Of a stretch of DNA of 64,000 nucleotides, positions 26,222 through 37,676 are shown one piece after another. The stretch covers positions 16,251,903 through 16,315,902 of the forward strand of contig CM082577.2 of the NCBI GenBank assembly GCA_040954595.2, in the 5' to 3' direction. The DNA is from Balanoglossus misakiensis. Lineage: Eukaryota; Animalia; Hemichordata. Both the position numbers and the translations under genes were made by a program. A model generated the notes under the pieces. That model was given only the letters and a program-made list of their open reading frames with translations, was not told where the DNA came from and searched no databases. Every line of letters begins with the position of its first letter. The first letter of the stretch is position 1.

Positions 26222-26814
26222 AGCCACAGTATTTCTCGTAGGGGCAAAATTTTGTTTGAAACGGCATCTATAATTTCTAAAAGTAGATGATAATTGATAC
26301 TGAATCGAACAGTCATCATCCCCAGCTCTGCTGATAAACTCATACAATTTACAATATAACGAGTGAAGAATGACTTTCTGTCCGGACAGAAAGTCACGTG
26401 AGTCAGGCTAATGTTGACACACGTGACTAGTGCGCATGCGCACTCAAATGTGAATCTATGCGGAAGAGGTTTGGTCGCCCCAAATCAAGCGACTCAGCGA
26501 AGAAATGCGCACTAATTTTGGGAAGATAACTTTATGGGAGAAATCAGTCGATGGAACCAGATCAAATCCGAAAATGGTCTGACCATCAAAATGTCAAAGT
26601 GGCACGTTTGCTGATCGACATGTACAACATTTCCGTTGTAAACAAACCCGCGCATCATTTCAAGTGTTACGGGCGATATTTTCGGCTTGCATGTAGCTAC
26701 AATTGCCCAAACCTTTCTTACATCTTCATTATATAGTATTCCATGATGGATGTACTGGAAAAACGGGCTTTTTTCGATGATGAAAAATGGATGCACACGA
26801 GAAATACTGGGGCT
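26222..26814. mobile_element. Non-autonomous Kolobok-type element
   Basis: TTAA on both sides; 18-bp TIRs AGCCACAGTATTTCTCGT / ACGAGAAATACTGGGGCT (one mismatch). Confidence 0.8.
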
Positions 26815-28519
26815 TTAAACATGATCAGCCTCTTTTCTTCTCAGTGAATAAAGAAACATGTTGGTTATGTTTGGTGGCTACTGTGTAAAGATTTCCTAAG
26901 AAAAAGCATTTCCAAGGGACAAACTAAAACAGTATGCAACACAAAAGCAGGCAAACAGCTTATTCTCACCAAGTACAACATTACAGATATAGACATTTTG
27001 TAAGGAATATACTCAAAGTACAAAAGGGCCTCCACTTCTTTACATAAAGCTACAGTACACTGCTCTTTCCGAGGCAAAATCTAGTCTGTATATCTGCCTG
27101 AGTGCTTCTACTACAAGCCTAAATAGAAACATCTTGACTGTACGAAATAAGTACATGTATGTACAATTTACACTGTGAGTGTGGGATTTAACCCTAGCTC
27201 ATGATTTCATAAAATGTCATGTCAAACTGCACTATAACTAATAATAGTATGCCATGCCGACGTCTAGCTCTGTATCGAGCCTTTTTCGCTTAGAGGGGCG
27301 GCGGCCTAAAGCTCATAAAAGAACTCATGCACAGCCCAAATAGGCGGAAAATGTCATGCTGTGTACTGACTGATAATAAACTGTCATTTCACCCCAGCTA
27401 TGCGCTCCAAAACTGATGTGGCATTAACACCAGAGGACGTGTACTGATCTGAGTGAATCAGATCCCGTGAGGAGTACGGTGCCCAGAGTACACGTATCCA
27501 GAGAAATGCCAATAGTTTTGCTACATCTTTGCCCGCCATGTTGCAAGGTCGACCTCCGGAAAATAGGAGACTGTAGTCGAGCGAGCACGTGCGAGCAGAA
27601 AGTGGTGTTGCTACCGTCGATGAGGCGGATTCAGACATAGCGCTAACAAGTAGTGTCTGTCATGACTATCACACCAAAGGCGTTTTTTACGGTAAATATA
27701 AGAAAAAAACAGGCTAAGTCGGCGAGGTCTGTACACGACGTGTCTACACTACCGAGACGCCATTTGTATCTGATCGATTTTGCATACTGGTCAGGAAGCC
27801 ACGCCTTACAGCCTCGTTCGCGGATGACCAGTTTCATATCAACATTGTAGTGATGCGAGTGATGCATATGATGTGGCGTGCATTTAGGCCACTGTCGGAT
27901 AAGGGATAGTTCAAAAAATACTTCCAGTGGAGGGGTGGAGGATTTCCAGGGGGCATAGATTTTTGCATTAAAAATGTTAAGCCTCAATGTGATATGTCCT
28001 CGTGAATGTGACGGATTTTTTTCACTGGCACTACCTACAAAACTTTCTTTCATTCTCCCTGTTAGAATTCCTAAAATACCCACAGCAAAATGCAGATTGA
28101 GCAAAAGTAATCAAAAACTACATAATAGAAATAAGAAATTCAATTGTTTGTTGGTGTTTATATTATACTCTGAATAAGTTGCTGCTCTTGGTGTCTCAAT
28201 TACAACTTTGGTGCAGTCGACGATGTGTCTGCAGATATTTTGCGTTTGAAATTTGATGGGCAAATGTTGAACTGGTATTTCTTTGGGGGATTATTTATGA
28301 GAAATTTTAAATTTGGATAAAAACCTTACTCATGTGTTTATTATTTTGCTCACAGAAAGAACACTTATACAGAAACGGACAACACTTCCGAGTCGTAATT
28401 TCATATTATACCCAGGATTCGGAGTGGTCCTAAAATATGCCAATAAGTTATTTTGGATTGCGATTTGGCAACCCTGCGGAAACCTTTTACATTCTTATTT
28501 TACATCTAGCGCAGTTGGT

Positions 28520-29340
28520 TGTTGATATGTCGTTTATCCAGATCTTGACATGTCTGTTGTGTGACATCCTGCATCCACCTTTACGACGACCACCAACCAT
28601 ATACAACCTGCTTTTTTTTCTCAAACGATGATGGTATTGGCCGAGGTAATGGCGTAGATGTTTGGATCATTACAAGGACGTCCTTGCCATTTCTGGAAGT
28701 TAACTGGAAAAAACATTCAATCGATGGAAGCTATTATACATGACCTGGAACCGAATCTACGTCGTCATCCTGCCATGGATTCAAGAAATCGTTTTCTTCT
28801 CAGTTTTATTTGGCTACGGCATTTATTCTACTCTAGACTTACTGGCAGCATGGTTTGGGGTAAGCAGCACGACTGTTCATAGAGAAATTTAATATATGGA
28901 ACGCCGTTACTGTCATGTGTAGCGCATTATTGATACGTCACCTTCTTTCATTAATTTGGCATTATTTTCGACGTAGCGTCCGCTGGCCGTCGTTGAAACG
29001 CTTTGGATAACTATGTTGACACTGGGAACATTTTTCTAATGCCGTCGATACAATCGATGGTACTCTACATGAAATATATCGTCCTGGAGTTGAAGAACAG
29101 CATGACTTTTATAGTGGATACGCTCGCCATCATGCAATGAGCACCCAAATTTATTGTGGACAATCAATGTAACATTATTTTCATTCAGTCGGTGGGACAT
29201 GCCAATGATGCCATGTAGTACAGATTGTTACCATCGATAGGGTTGAAAGGTGAATTGCAGATTCCACAAGATGTATATTTTTTGGCTGACCAAGGATACC
29301 CAAATATGTATCTGCTGTTAACGAGATTTGCAACCCGTGA
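28520..29340 (+). pseudogene. Degenerate PIF/Harbinger/ISL2EU (DDE_Tnp_4) transposase
   Basis: Fragments in shifting frames: RNRFLLSFIWLRH, TIDGTLHEIYRP...FYSGY..HH, GHANDA, YFLADQGYP. Start coordinate approximate. Confidence 0.8.
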
Positions 29341-30129
29341 GATTTAGCTTTCACAGTTTGCCTAGGTTTCTCTGTATTGTAAATGTCCTGTTTTTATGTC
29401 TTTTATTATAAAATAATGTGTCCAACTTCATGTACTGTGTTAAACCTTATCCACTTTGACATGACAACTTCAAATATTCTTGACTTTTCAGTACCTTCCA
29501 AACTTAGTCTTTCACAATTCCACACACAAAATTCCCATTCAACCAACCACAACAGGGGTAACTAAGAAATCGTAGTTCAGAGAAAGAAATCGGTAGTCTT
29601 GCTCCCAAACCCGTAGTTCAGAACTATTTTCCCGTCATTCGGAAGCCCAAATCTATAATTCAGAACTCAGGTCCCATAATTCAGACCCAGATCCCGGCGT
29701 TCAGAAAGTGGTTTCATGCAATTTCCAGCATTGCGGGCGCAAACAAGATGGCCGACCACAGTGGAAAGATCGGCGATGGTGAGTATTTTATGTGATTTCT
29801 ACATATTTATGACGATTTTTGTCACAAAATATATCGCGTACACTAGGGTTTCAGTCACATATTTTGAAGCAGCTAATACTGTAAAACAACTGTATTTTTG
29901 TAAAGAGCTGGGCTTAAGGAGCAAAATGCTTTTTACCCGATTAAGATTGACCAACATTAACAGATTTTACGCGAGTTTGAATTTTCTGGAATACTTCACA
30001 ATTGTGGACAGGCAGATTAAAGTGTTGGGTAGGTAATGGCACCGCTGGCCAGCACAATAGTGGTAAAAAGAATACTATTATTGGGAATTTCTCCCATTGT
30101 TGCGCACGAATAATCATGAAAATGGGCAG

Positions 30130-32811
30130 ACTTGGGTACTTTGATGAGTTCTTTCCATTTCCGTCAGTGCAATTGTGCTTAATTTTTTTGTTCACCAACT
30201 TCTGTGGATTTTCCATATAGAAGGCAAGTTTGAGTTTCTCCTTTGAAAGAACTCTCTTCTGTCTTGCTTCTGTGAGCTTGGCTCTGAGTTTCACTTTTTC
30301 TTCTGTTACGGCGGGTTTCCTTTCATCTGCAGGTGTGTAGCCAATTCCATCATTCACTACAGGTACATCATCTTCTGTTGGATTTAATGATATGATTTTT
30401 TCAGGTTGATGACAAGTTGTTCCGTTGGGTACTTCTTGGAGTGGTGACTGAGGTGGAACAGCTCCTTGGGCGCCTTTGACTGTACCACATGCTTGTGAAA
30501 ATTAAGTTGAACTATTACAGCATCCCTTCTGACCCTAGCATCAAATTTTGAGATTTCTGTATCAACTTCTGCAGATGTGGTCCATACCTTGTCAGTCAAC
30601 TTCCCAAGATCATTTGTGATGTTTATTTTTTTTGCTTGCTTCTTCATTTCAGCATCTTCTTTCTTCTCTTGTTTTTTTACTGTAGCTTGCATCCTCATTT
30701 TTTTTATCTCCCCCCTCCTTTCTTTGAATTTTGCGCTTAGCTTAGAGGCTGCACACCTTGCTCCTTTCATCAATTCTTCCTTTTCTTCTGCCGTTTTTGA
30801 TTTCATCCACTCAACTGTTTTATTATTCATCCACATAGTGAGTGTTTCATACGTTAGTGTGGTGGCTGCAGGTTTTGTGTGTACGAGCATATCAAGAACG
30901 GCCAAATCACGTTCTGATATTGTGTTTGTTGTGGGGATGTTTTGTGTTTGTTGTGTCAGTTGTTCATCTGGCTGAAAGTATTTGCCCCCAGGAAGCTGAT
31001 CTTCTGCTTGTCTCTCTAATATGAGCAGTAGACTGAAGCTCATCATCTCCAATGCCTCCTGGGTCAGCAAACAGACTGTGATAGAGGTCATCTTTATGGA
31101 CCAGCTGCTCGTGGTGTGCAAATATTCCCTCCCCTTCTAACATAAAGCTTGCATCTTTGCAGGATCGCTCCAGCCCAAGTTTCAGCTGTAGCAGTTGATC
31201 ATTGACATCAAGGATACTGTTGGCCATCTCCAAAATCCTCCAAAGGGGTCCAGTGATGAGTTTGTCAATGATCCCAAGTGCTCGAACACCAGCAACGTGA
31301 ACTTTCTGTGACAGGTCTTCTTTTACAGCTAGGAGCAGTTGGTTTGGGTTTGGCCATTTCTCTAAAAAGTCGAGAAGGTGGTGTCGATGGTAATATAATG
31401 CTGCACTATCATAATACAGGATATTGAACCTGTTGCCCCTGTAAGAAACAAGCCTTAAACTATCACACTGACCATCCAAATACGCTTGGAAATGAGAAGC
31501 AACGCCAGCTTCCTCACTCCCATGTGGATGAACTGCCTTTACCGCAGTGCGTACGAGTCGCGCCGCTCCAGACTCACTTGTCTGAAGTGTATGTGTCTTT
31601 CCAGAGCTTTCTTGTGATGATGCTACTTTCTCAAATGCCTTTAGCGTTTTATCACACTCAGTTGCAAAGTTTACCAGAAGGTGCATTTTGCAAAAGAAGT
31701 TCCCCATCGATGAGATGCTGATTTTGCTGTCATTGGACAGTTCATCCCAGTTCTCGATCAGTTTTGGAAGACATTCAACGCGGAGTTTTTCTAGCTGACG
31801 GTTGAAGCACGGGTTAACTGCACCTTGATCTGACATGGTATTTTTGATGCTCGCAGTTAGTTGTGAAATTTTCCGATCCCGGTCTTCATCGTCACCACTG
31901 CTGACAGTACACGCTAGATCTTCCATAGTTTGGGAGAAGGCATTCATCACATCAACAGTGGAGCACCCTGGCATCTCAGATACACTTAATGTGAGAGATT
32001 TACCCGAAACGGTGGAAATTTGGAAGCTCTGGTAGTGTCTGTGGTACTTCCAAGTTCCATCACCATGAAGACAGTTTCCCTGGACGCTACGGGGGTCTAC
32101 ATCTTCCAACATCACTTGCGCTGCTTGTATGTGAGCGAGAAATCCTGCTTCAACTAACAATCGAGATTTTAACGCGTTACTTGGCAGCCTTCCTACATCT
32201 TTTCCTGCAAGGTTCTTTAAAACTGTTCGGATGACCTCATCAGTATACCTACCATCATGAAACGTGATGACCTCATCCTCCAACAGCGCTACGAACTTCT
32301 CCAGGTCATTATTTTCCTTCTCAAGTGTTTTGATTTTTTCTTTTAAGTCTTCAATTTCTTCTTCAGAAATTGACTCCTTTGGCAATTTCTGTTCTTTAGC
32401 TTTTTGAACTTTGTGTTTCAGATAAGAAACACTCTTCATTATCTTTCTTCTTTCTTCTTTCATTTGAACATGTTTAACCTGCATATCAGTAAGCTGGTTT
32501 CCCATTTCTGTTAAATCACATGTTTGCTGATTTAACGTTTTTTGCATTGTTTCTCTTTGCATTTCATTTTCCTTGATGAGTTTTTCTTGTACTGCTATTG
32601 TTTCTGTTTGTTTATGTATTTTCTCATCCCTTCGTTTTATCTTTTTGTTGACATTTCTGGTCTGTTGGTGGCTACACTTTGTTTTAAGTTTTGACAGGTC
32701 TTCTGAGAGCCTATCAAGTGTTTCACTTTTTTTGTCGAACTGGTGTTGCAGTACTTCGAGCTCCCTCATCATCGCTTCTTTGTCATTATTTGTCACCATT
32801 TCACTTGCCAT
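30130..32811 (-). pseudogene. hAT-like transposase with N-terminal coiled coil; at least two frameshifts (~31065, ~30395)
   Basis: HGDGT (D1), TMSDQGAVN (D2), FFCKMHLL (CxxH), GNRFNILY and PTTNTISERDL (E), spread over ORFs 30964-32811, 30384-31121 and 29941-30357. End coordinate approximate. Confidence 0.82.
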
Positions 32812-33172
32812 AATGATTGTTGTATTTAACTACAAGTAATTAAACCTAATTATATCAATACTATCAAAATCTGCTAATCTATAGTGTAACTACTTCAACC
32901 TACAAACTACCTTAACTGCAGCCTTTCACTTTATCTTTAAGCAACCTATGTTTATTTAATTGAACTTTAATAGTATTAGCTCAATGCTCATGCACTGAAA
33001 TTCAACTTAAATTATCCCTATTTCTATATTCTTACTAATAATAATACTTTATTTCAGACTTTAAAAAAAAAGTCCATATACCCAAGAGAGAGAAGAAAAA
33101 AAAACACCAATGAAAATACTCTGGAAAGTCTGAAACTGAGACACACACACACAAAAAAAAAACTCTGCAAAA

Positions 33173-35660
33173 TTACATGATATACAATTGCTTTCGCCAA
33201 TGTTTGAAAAATATGCTGTCCGTCGCTCTATCTGATGAACAGATCACATCAAGTAAAACATTAGAAGAATTTTCGAGTCTACGCTTAAAACTGTACATAT
33301 TGTGTCTAAAAACTTCACCAAGTGGCAATACATGGTTTGTAGCAAACATACCCGACGCACTGCAAAATGGCGGAAGACCGAGAAGTCTTCTCCAAACATT
33401 ATTGTACATAGTTTTAAATTTTTTCATCGGTTTAACTTTAAAGAATGCCCACAAACTGCAACAGTAAATATTACTACAATATATCAAAAATAAAACTTTC
33501 TTCACAGCTTGACTACAATGTTGAAAATGTCTCAATAGCATGTTTGCTCTAACACAAAATGCTCTTCTCTGTCGTTCAATATCTTCAGTATCACAACCAT
33601 CACAAGATATAACATGGCCCAGATAGGTGTGTACAGGTACAAACTTTAAAGTGATGTCATTAAGTTTAACCGAAGGAATTCTTTGAACGCTAATATTCTT
33701 CCCATTAAAAAGCATGCACACAGTTTTACTAGAATTATAAATGATATCATAATCCTTGCCATAAATTTCACAAATTCTAAGAAGACGGCGTAGACCCTTA
33801 ATACTTGGACTGAGTAGAGTCATGTCGTCAGCGTAACCTAAAGTGTTAGCGCTGACACCACACATGGTACAGCCAACTTTGGCTTTACAGAGTGCATTGA
33901 TAAGATCATCAATGTAGACATTAAAAAGATAGGGAGAGAGTACTCCTCCTTGTCTTACACCGTTAGAAACAGAAAACAACTCTGAGGTTTCATTACCCCA
34001 CAACACAGTAAACAATTGATTTCTGTACCAGTAATATAAAATTCGAACAGCATACAAGGGAACATTCCTGTCGATGAGCTTGTTAACCAGTTTAAAGTGA
34101 TTAACTCTGTCAACAGCTTTTGAAGCATCCAGAAAACAAGTAAACACTGGTCCTCCATTGCTGGTGTAGTAGCTAACGATTTCTTTAAATGCAAATAAAC
34201 ACAGGTCAGTTGAATGTTCTCGCTTGAAACCAAATTGTAAATAATGAGAGGTAAGAAACTCCTCACAACGAGAAAGTAAAATATGCTCAAAAACTTTAGA
34301 GAAAACAGTTGCTAGTGCTATCGGCCGGTAGTTACTGGCATCACTACAAAGCTTAGTTTTATCCTTAATAATTGGAACTAAAATAACTTTGATAGCCTCA
34401 GTTGGCAGGTAACCATGAACAATCATAGCATTAATACAACAAGTCAAAATGGGTAAAATAGAGGAGTCTGAGAATTTGAGGTGCTCAGCTGAAATATTGT
34501 CAATGCCAGCTGTCTGATCGTCAGGTAACTTATGAATAGCAGAAATTACTTCGTCTTCAGAAACATACATATCAGAAGAAAAGTTAACATACTTCATTTT
34601 CTCCTCGATGTCATTTTTACCAGTCTGAGCCTGGACAGAATTCGAAATATCACTGAAATGCTTGTGCCACATAATTGCGATTTCACTCTCACCAGTCGCT
34701 CCACCTACAGTGTCAGAAAGTGGCGTTTTTCTGCTAGTTTGCTTTCTGACTTCCTTCCAGAAGTCGTTCTGTTTGTGGCATCGTAAATTGTCAGCCATCT
34801 TGTCAGCCCTATTTTGATTCTCAATCTTTTTACAAGCACGTAAAGCATACTTAAAACGAGCTCTGGAAGATTTCATGGTTTCAAAAAGCGGGCCTTGTTT
34901 AGGTTTACCCCCATTAACCCATAATAAAAACATGGAACGGGCATAGTCGTGACTTTCTTTTACAAAATCGTTCCAGCCAGGTACAACATGAACTTTCTGG
35001 TGAAACTTACGCCTAATGGTATCTTTTGCAGCACAATTCAATGCGTCCACAATACTACTATAACAAGTATCAATTGCCTGTAAATGCGAAGGGTCTGTAC
35101 AGTTCACATTAGTGCAGAATAACTCTTCGGATAAATTAATCTTATAAATCTTGGTTTTGGTACAACGGGTGTAGGCGGATATATTCTGCTGTGACAATTT
35201 TTTGCAATCAACTCGAAAATTACATTGCTTGAAGGAACTACTGCTGAAGCTTTCATCAGCAGAAGTGTTGAAATGAACCTCTATTGAAACAGGAATATGG
35301 TCGGAGTCAACAACATTGCAAAGGCTCGAAATTGAAAGAACATTGCTATGAGAAATTTCAGTGGTAACACAGTGGTCAATCCATGAAGTACTGCCATGAG
35401 CATCGCTAATATAAGTAAACGTACCAGAATCCCTGCCTAGCAGCTCAACATCAGAAACGATGTAACCAAATTGCTCACAATGCTCCATCAACTCACAACC
35501 AAAACCTGTATCAGTAGTAACATCAGCATTCCAGTCACCAATAAAAAAGACATTCCCAGTGTTAATATCAGAAACAATGGAATTGATTTTCGCCAAGTAC
35601 TCACTGAACAGAGCGACAGTTAAATGACACAATCCGTAAACTATTTTTGCGTTCTGTCAT
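33173..35660 (-). pseudogene. LINE ORF2 (AP endonuclease + reverse transcriptase) with an internal deletion in the endonuclease
   Basis: ATG at 35660 gives MTERKNSLRIVSFNCRSVQ then a stop; another frame resumes at EYLAKINSIV...GDWNAD...WIDH...SDH. RT motifs NYRPIAL, QFGF, FLDASKA, GVRQGGVLSP, YADD, YLG. Confidence 0.9.
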
Positions 35661-36724
35661 GGCGTCTGAGATTTATAGTATTTTCTTACAAGAGTATCCT
35701 GAAGCCAATTTACAGGATCAAGGGCAACTCCAATGTCTACATCAGATAATTCAACCGTAAAAGAAGCATACGTATCATACTTTGTTTTCAGTTTTGTACA
35801 GTTCACACCTACATCAAATTTGTCCGCAGCATAGCGCTCAACATCTTCACATGTTGTTGCTGGATTCAGCCGGGACACAAAAAGTGTACATACACGCTGC
35901 GGTCTTGCGCCTTGAAGGCCAGCTGTAGTACTCGGCGCAGTTCCAATCACAGGCTGGGTTCTCTTCTGTTTTCGTCGCTGAACAAGAACGAAGTCGTCGT
36001 TGTCAGATGTGGAGACTTGTGAGTTCACCTTGTCACTCGTACGGAGACGTCTTTCCGCTACTGTTTTAGCCGCAACCTTTGAGTAAAGAGCTTTGACAGA
36101 TGTGTTTTCCTCAGTGTCCGCATCTGTAGTGGCGTTGTTCACAAAATCAATATTGCCATTGTCAGAAGCACTCTGGAGTTTAACACCTCTCGAAATAGAA
36201 TTCTCGCTTTTCAGACTCCTGACATCATCAATTAACACCATGACCGTTTCATCAGCTTTCTGAATTTGAGACTGATGTTGCATCTGGACGGACTTGATGG
36301 TTCTCATTTCATTACGTAATTCACGAATTTCTCTCAGCAAACCAGTGACATCAATGTGCGTAATATCAACAGGGGGGAGTTTCGATAAATCTTTAGCAAC
36401 AAAATTCGGCATCTCTTCTTCGTCTAGCTGCTGCAATACATTGTACATATCTTGCAAATTATTCTGCTTTTTATGCTGACCTTGCCGACGAATATATCTT
36501 GTATCAGTTGCATAAAGAAAGGCCGTAGATAGATCAAAAAGCAATTTCTTCGCAGACTCCACATCGTTGTCATCATAAAAGTCAGCACATACTTTCAAAA
36601 GTGGCTCCATGGGCATAATGTCCATTTTGCAAACTAGAAAGCAGAGGAGCTCATTTATAACAAGATCGTTAGTTTGGTTAGTACCTGTATCAATGCGTGG
36701 CTGACCACTACAACTTTCAGTCAT
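35657..36724 (-). CDS. LINE ORF1 (coiled coil + RRM-like); open frame extends upstream to ~36871
   Basis: INELLCFL...DFY...AKKLL, LSKLPPVD, FVSRLNPATT...KYDTYASF. The upstream in-frame SQGDLLLCSKC..RF looks like a truncated zinc finger. Confidence 0.8.
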   Translation of the reverse strand: MTESCSGQPRIDTGTNQTNDLVINELLCFLVCKMDIMPMEPLLKVCADFYDDNDVESAKKLLFDLSTAFLYATDTRYIRRQGQHKKQNNLQDMYNVLQQLDEEEMPNFVAKDLSKLPPVDITHIDVTGLLREIRELRNEMRTIKSVQMQHQSQIQKADETVMVLIDDVRSLKSENSISRGVKLQSASDNGNIDFVNNATTDADTEENTSVKALYSKVAAKTVAERRLRTSDKVNSQVSTSDNDDFVLVQRRKQKRTQPVIGTAPSTTAGLQGARPQRVCTLFVSRLNPATTCEDVERYAADKFDVGVNCTKLKTKYDTYASFTVELSDVDIGVALDPVNWLQDTLVRKYYKSQTP

Positions 36725-37134
36725 TCTTGTCCTCTCTGGATAATCCGCGTCACCACTGCAACCACTCTGACGTTCCTGGTTGCTCGTCTGGAGCTCATTC
36801 TGGTCGGTAATTCCATCAGGACCAAAGCGCTTCTTTTTACATTTTGAGCATAACAGTAGATCTCCTTGACTTAGTCAGACATTACTGGAAGTTACTGCAA
36901 TGGCATAGTTATGCTAACTTATACACAAAGACTATATATATCGAGGCCCCATTGTAAAAGTGATTGTATGACACTAACAGAATCATAATGCTGCCACTAA
37001 CTTATACTCCAATTACTACAACTACAATTAATCAATGATAAACACACACACACTTAGTATGAACAAGGCATAAGGGGCTATCTGTGGTCACATACATGTA
37101 TCTACACTGTCTGCATCAAATTTTCTGAACATAG

Positions 37135-37464
37135 CCCTTACAAAAATATCCTATAGGATTCCTATAGGATTGTCTTATAGGACTATCCTATAGGATTCCT
37201 ATAGGATAGTCTTATAAGATTTTGGCACCTTTCTTAAAGGAATCTTTTAAGAATTCCTATAGGATTCCTATAGGAGTCCTAAAAGAATCCTTTAAGGGTT
37301 CCTTAAGGATTCCTATAGGAGTCCTAAAAGAATCCTTTAAAGGTTCCTTAAGGATTCCTATAGGAACCCTAAAAGAATCCTTTAGGTTTTCAATAGGGTT
37401 CCTAAAGGATTTCAATAGGATTTTTAAAAGAATCTTTTAAGAATGTCATGGTTTTCCTCAAGGG
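37135..37464. repeat. CCC...GGG-ended element made of palindromic CCTATAGG/CCTTAAGG/CCTTTAAAGG units (CMC/EnSpm-like non-autonomous element or element end)
   Basis: Starts CCCTTACAAAAA and ends TTTTCCTCAAGGG, with ~10-bp periodic palindromes between. No clean TSD. Confidence 0.6.
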
Positions 37465-37676
37465 ATTTTAATTGGATTACTTAAAGAATTCTGTATGATT
37501 CTGATATCATAGTTACAGCAAACATTGAAAGTTAGTTAATAAAATTAACAGAGAGAAGTTTTCATTGTTTGAATTAATTGTTTTATTACCAGAAAAACTT
37601 AATTGTATGAACAAGCATAAACAGTATATTATGAACAACATTAACAAACAACGTCAAGTGAAAGCTAAAGCTATTT

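Larger units (their letters stand above)
33035..36877 (-). mobile_element. Non-LTR retrotransposon (RTEX/Proto2-like LINE), 5'-truncated, nested in the hAT element
   Basis: ORF1 and APE-RT ORF2 in tandem; 3' end GTCTGAAATAAAAG followed by a (TAT)n tail at ~33035-33060. No TSD identified. Clade assignment is from ORF1 and ORF2 C-terminal motifs only. Confidence 0.88.

Noticed and set aside
27240-27960. CpG-rich segment with short ORFs and a possible TAG-type terminus
   Set aside because: No partner end and no recognisable protein motif.
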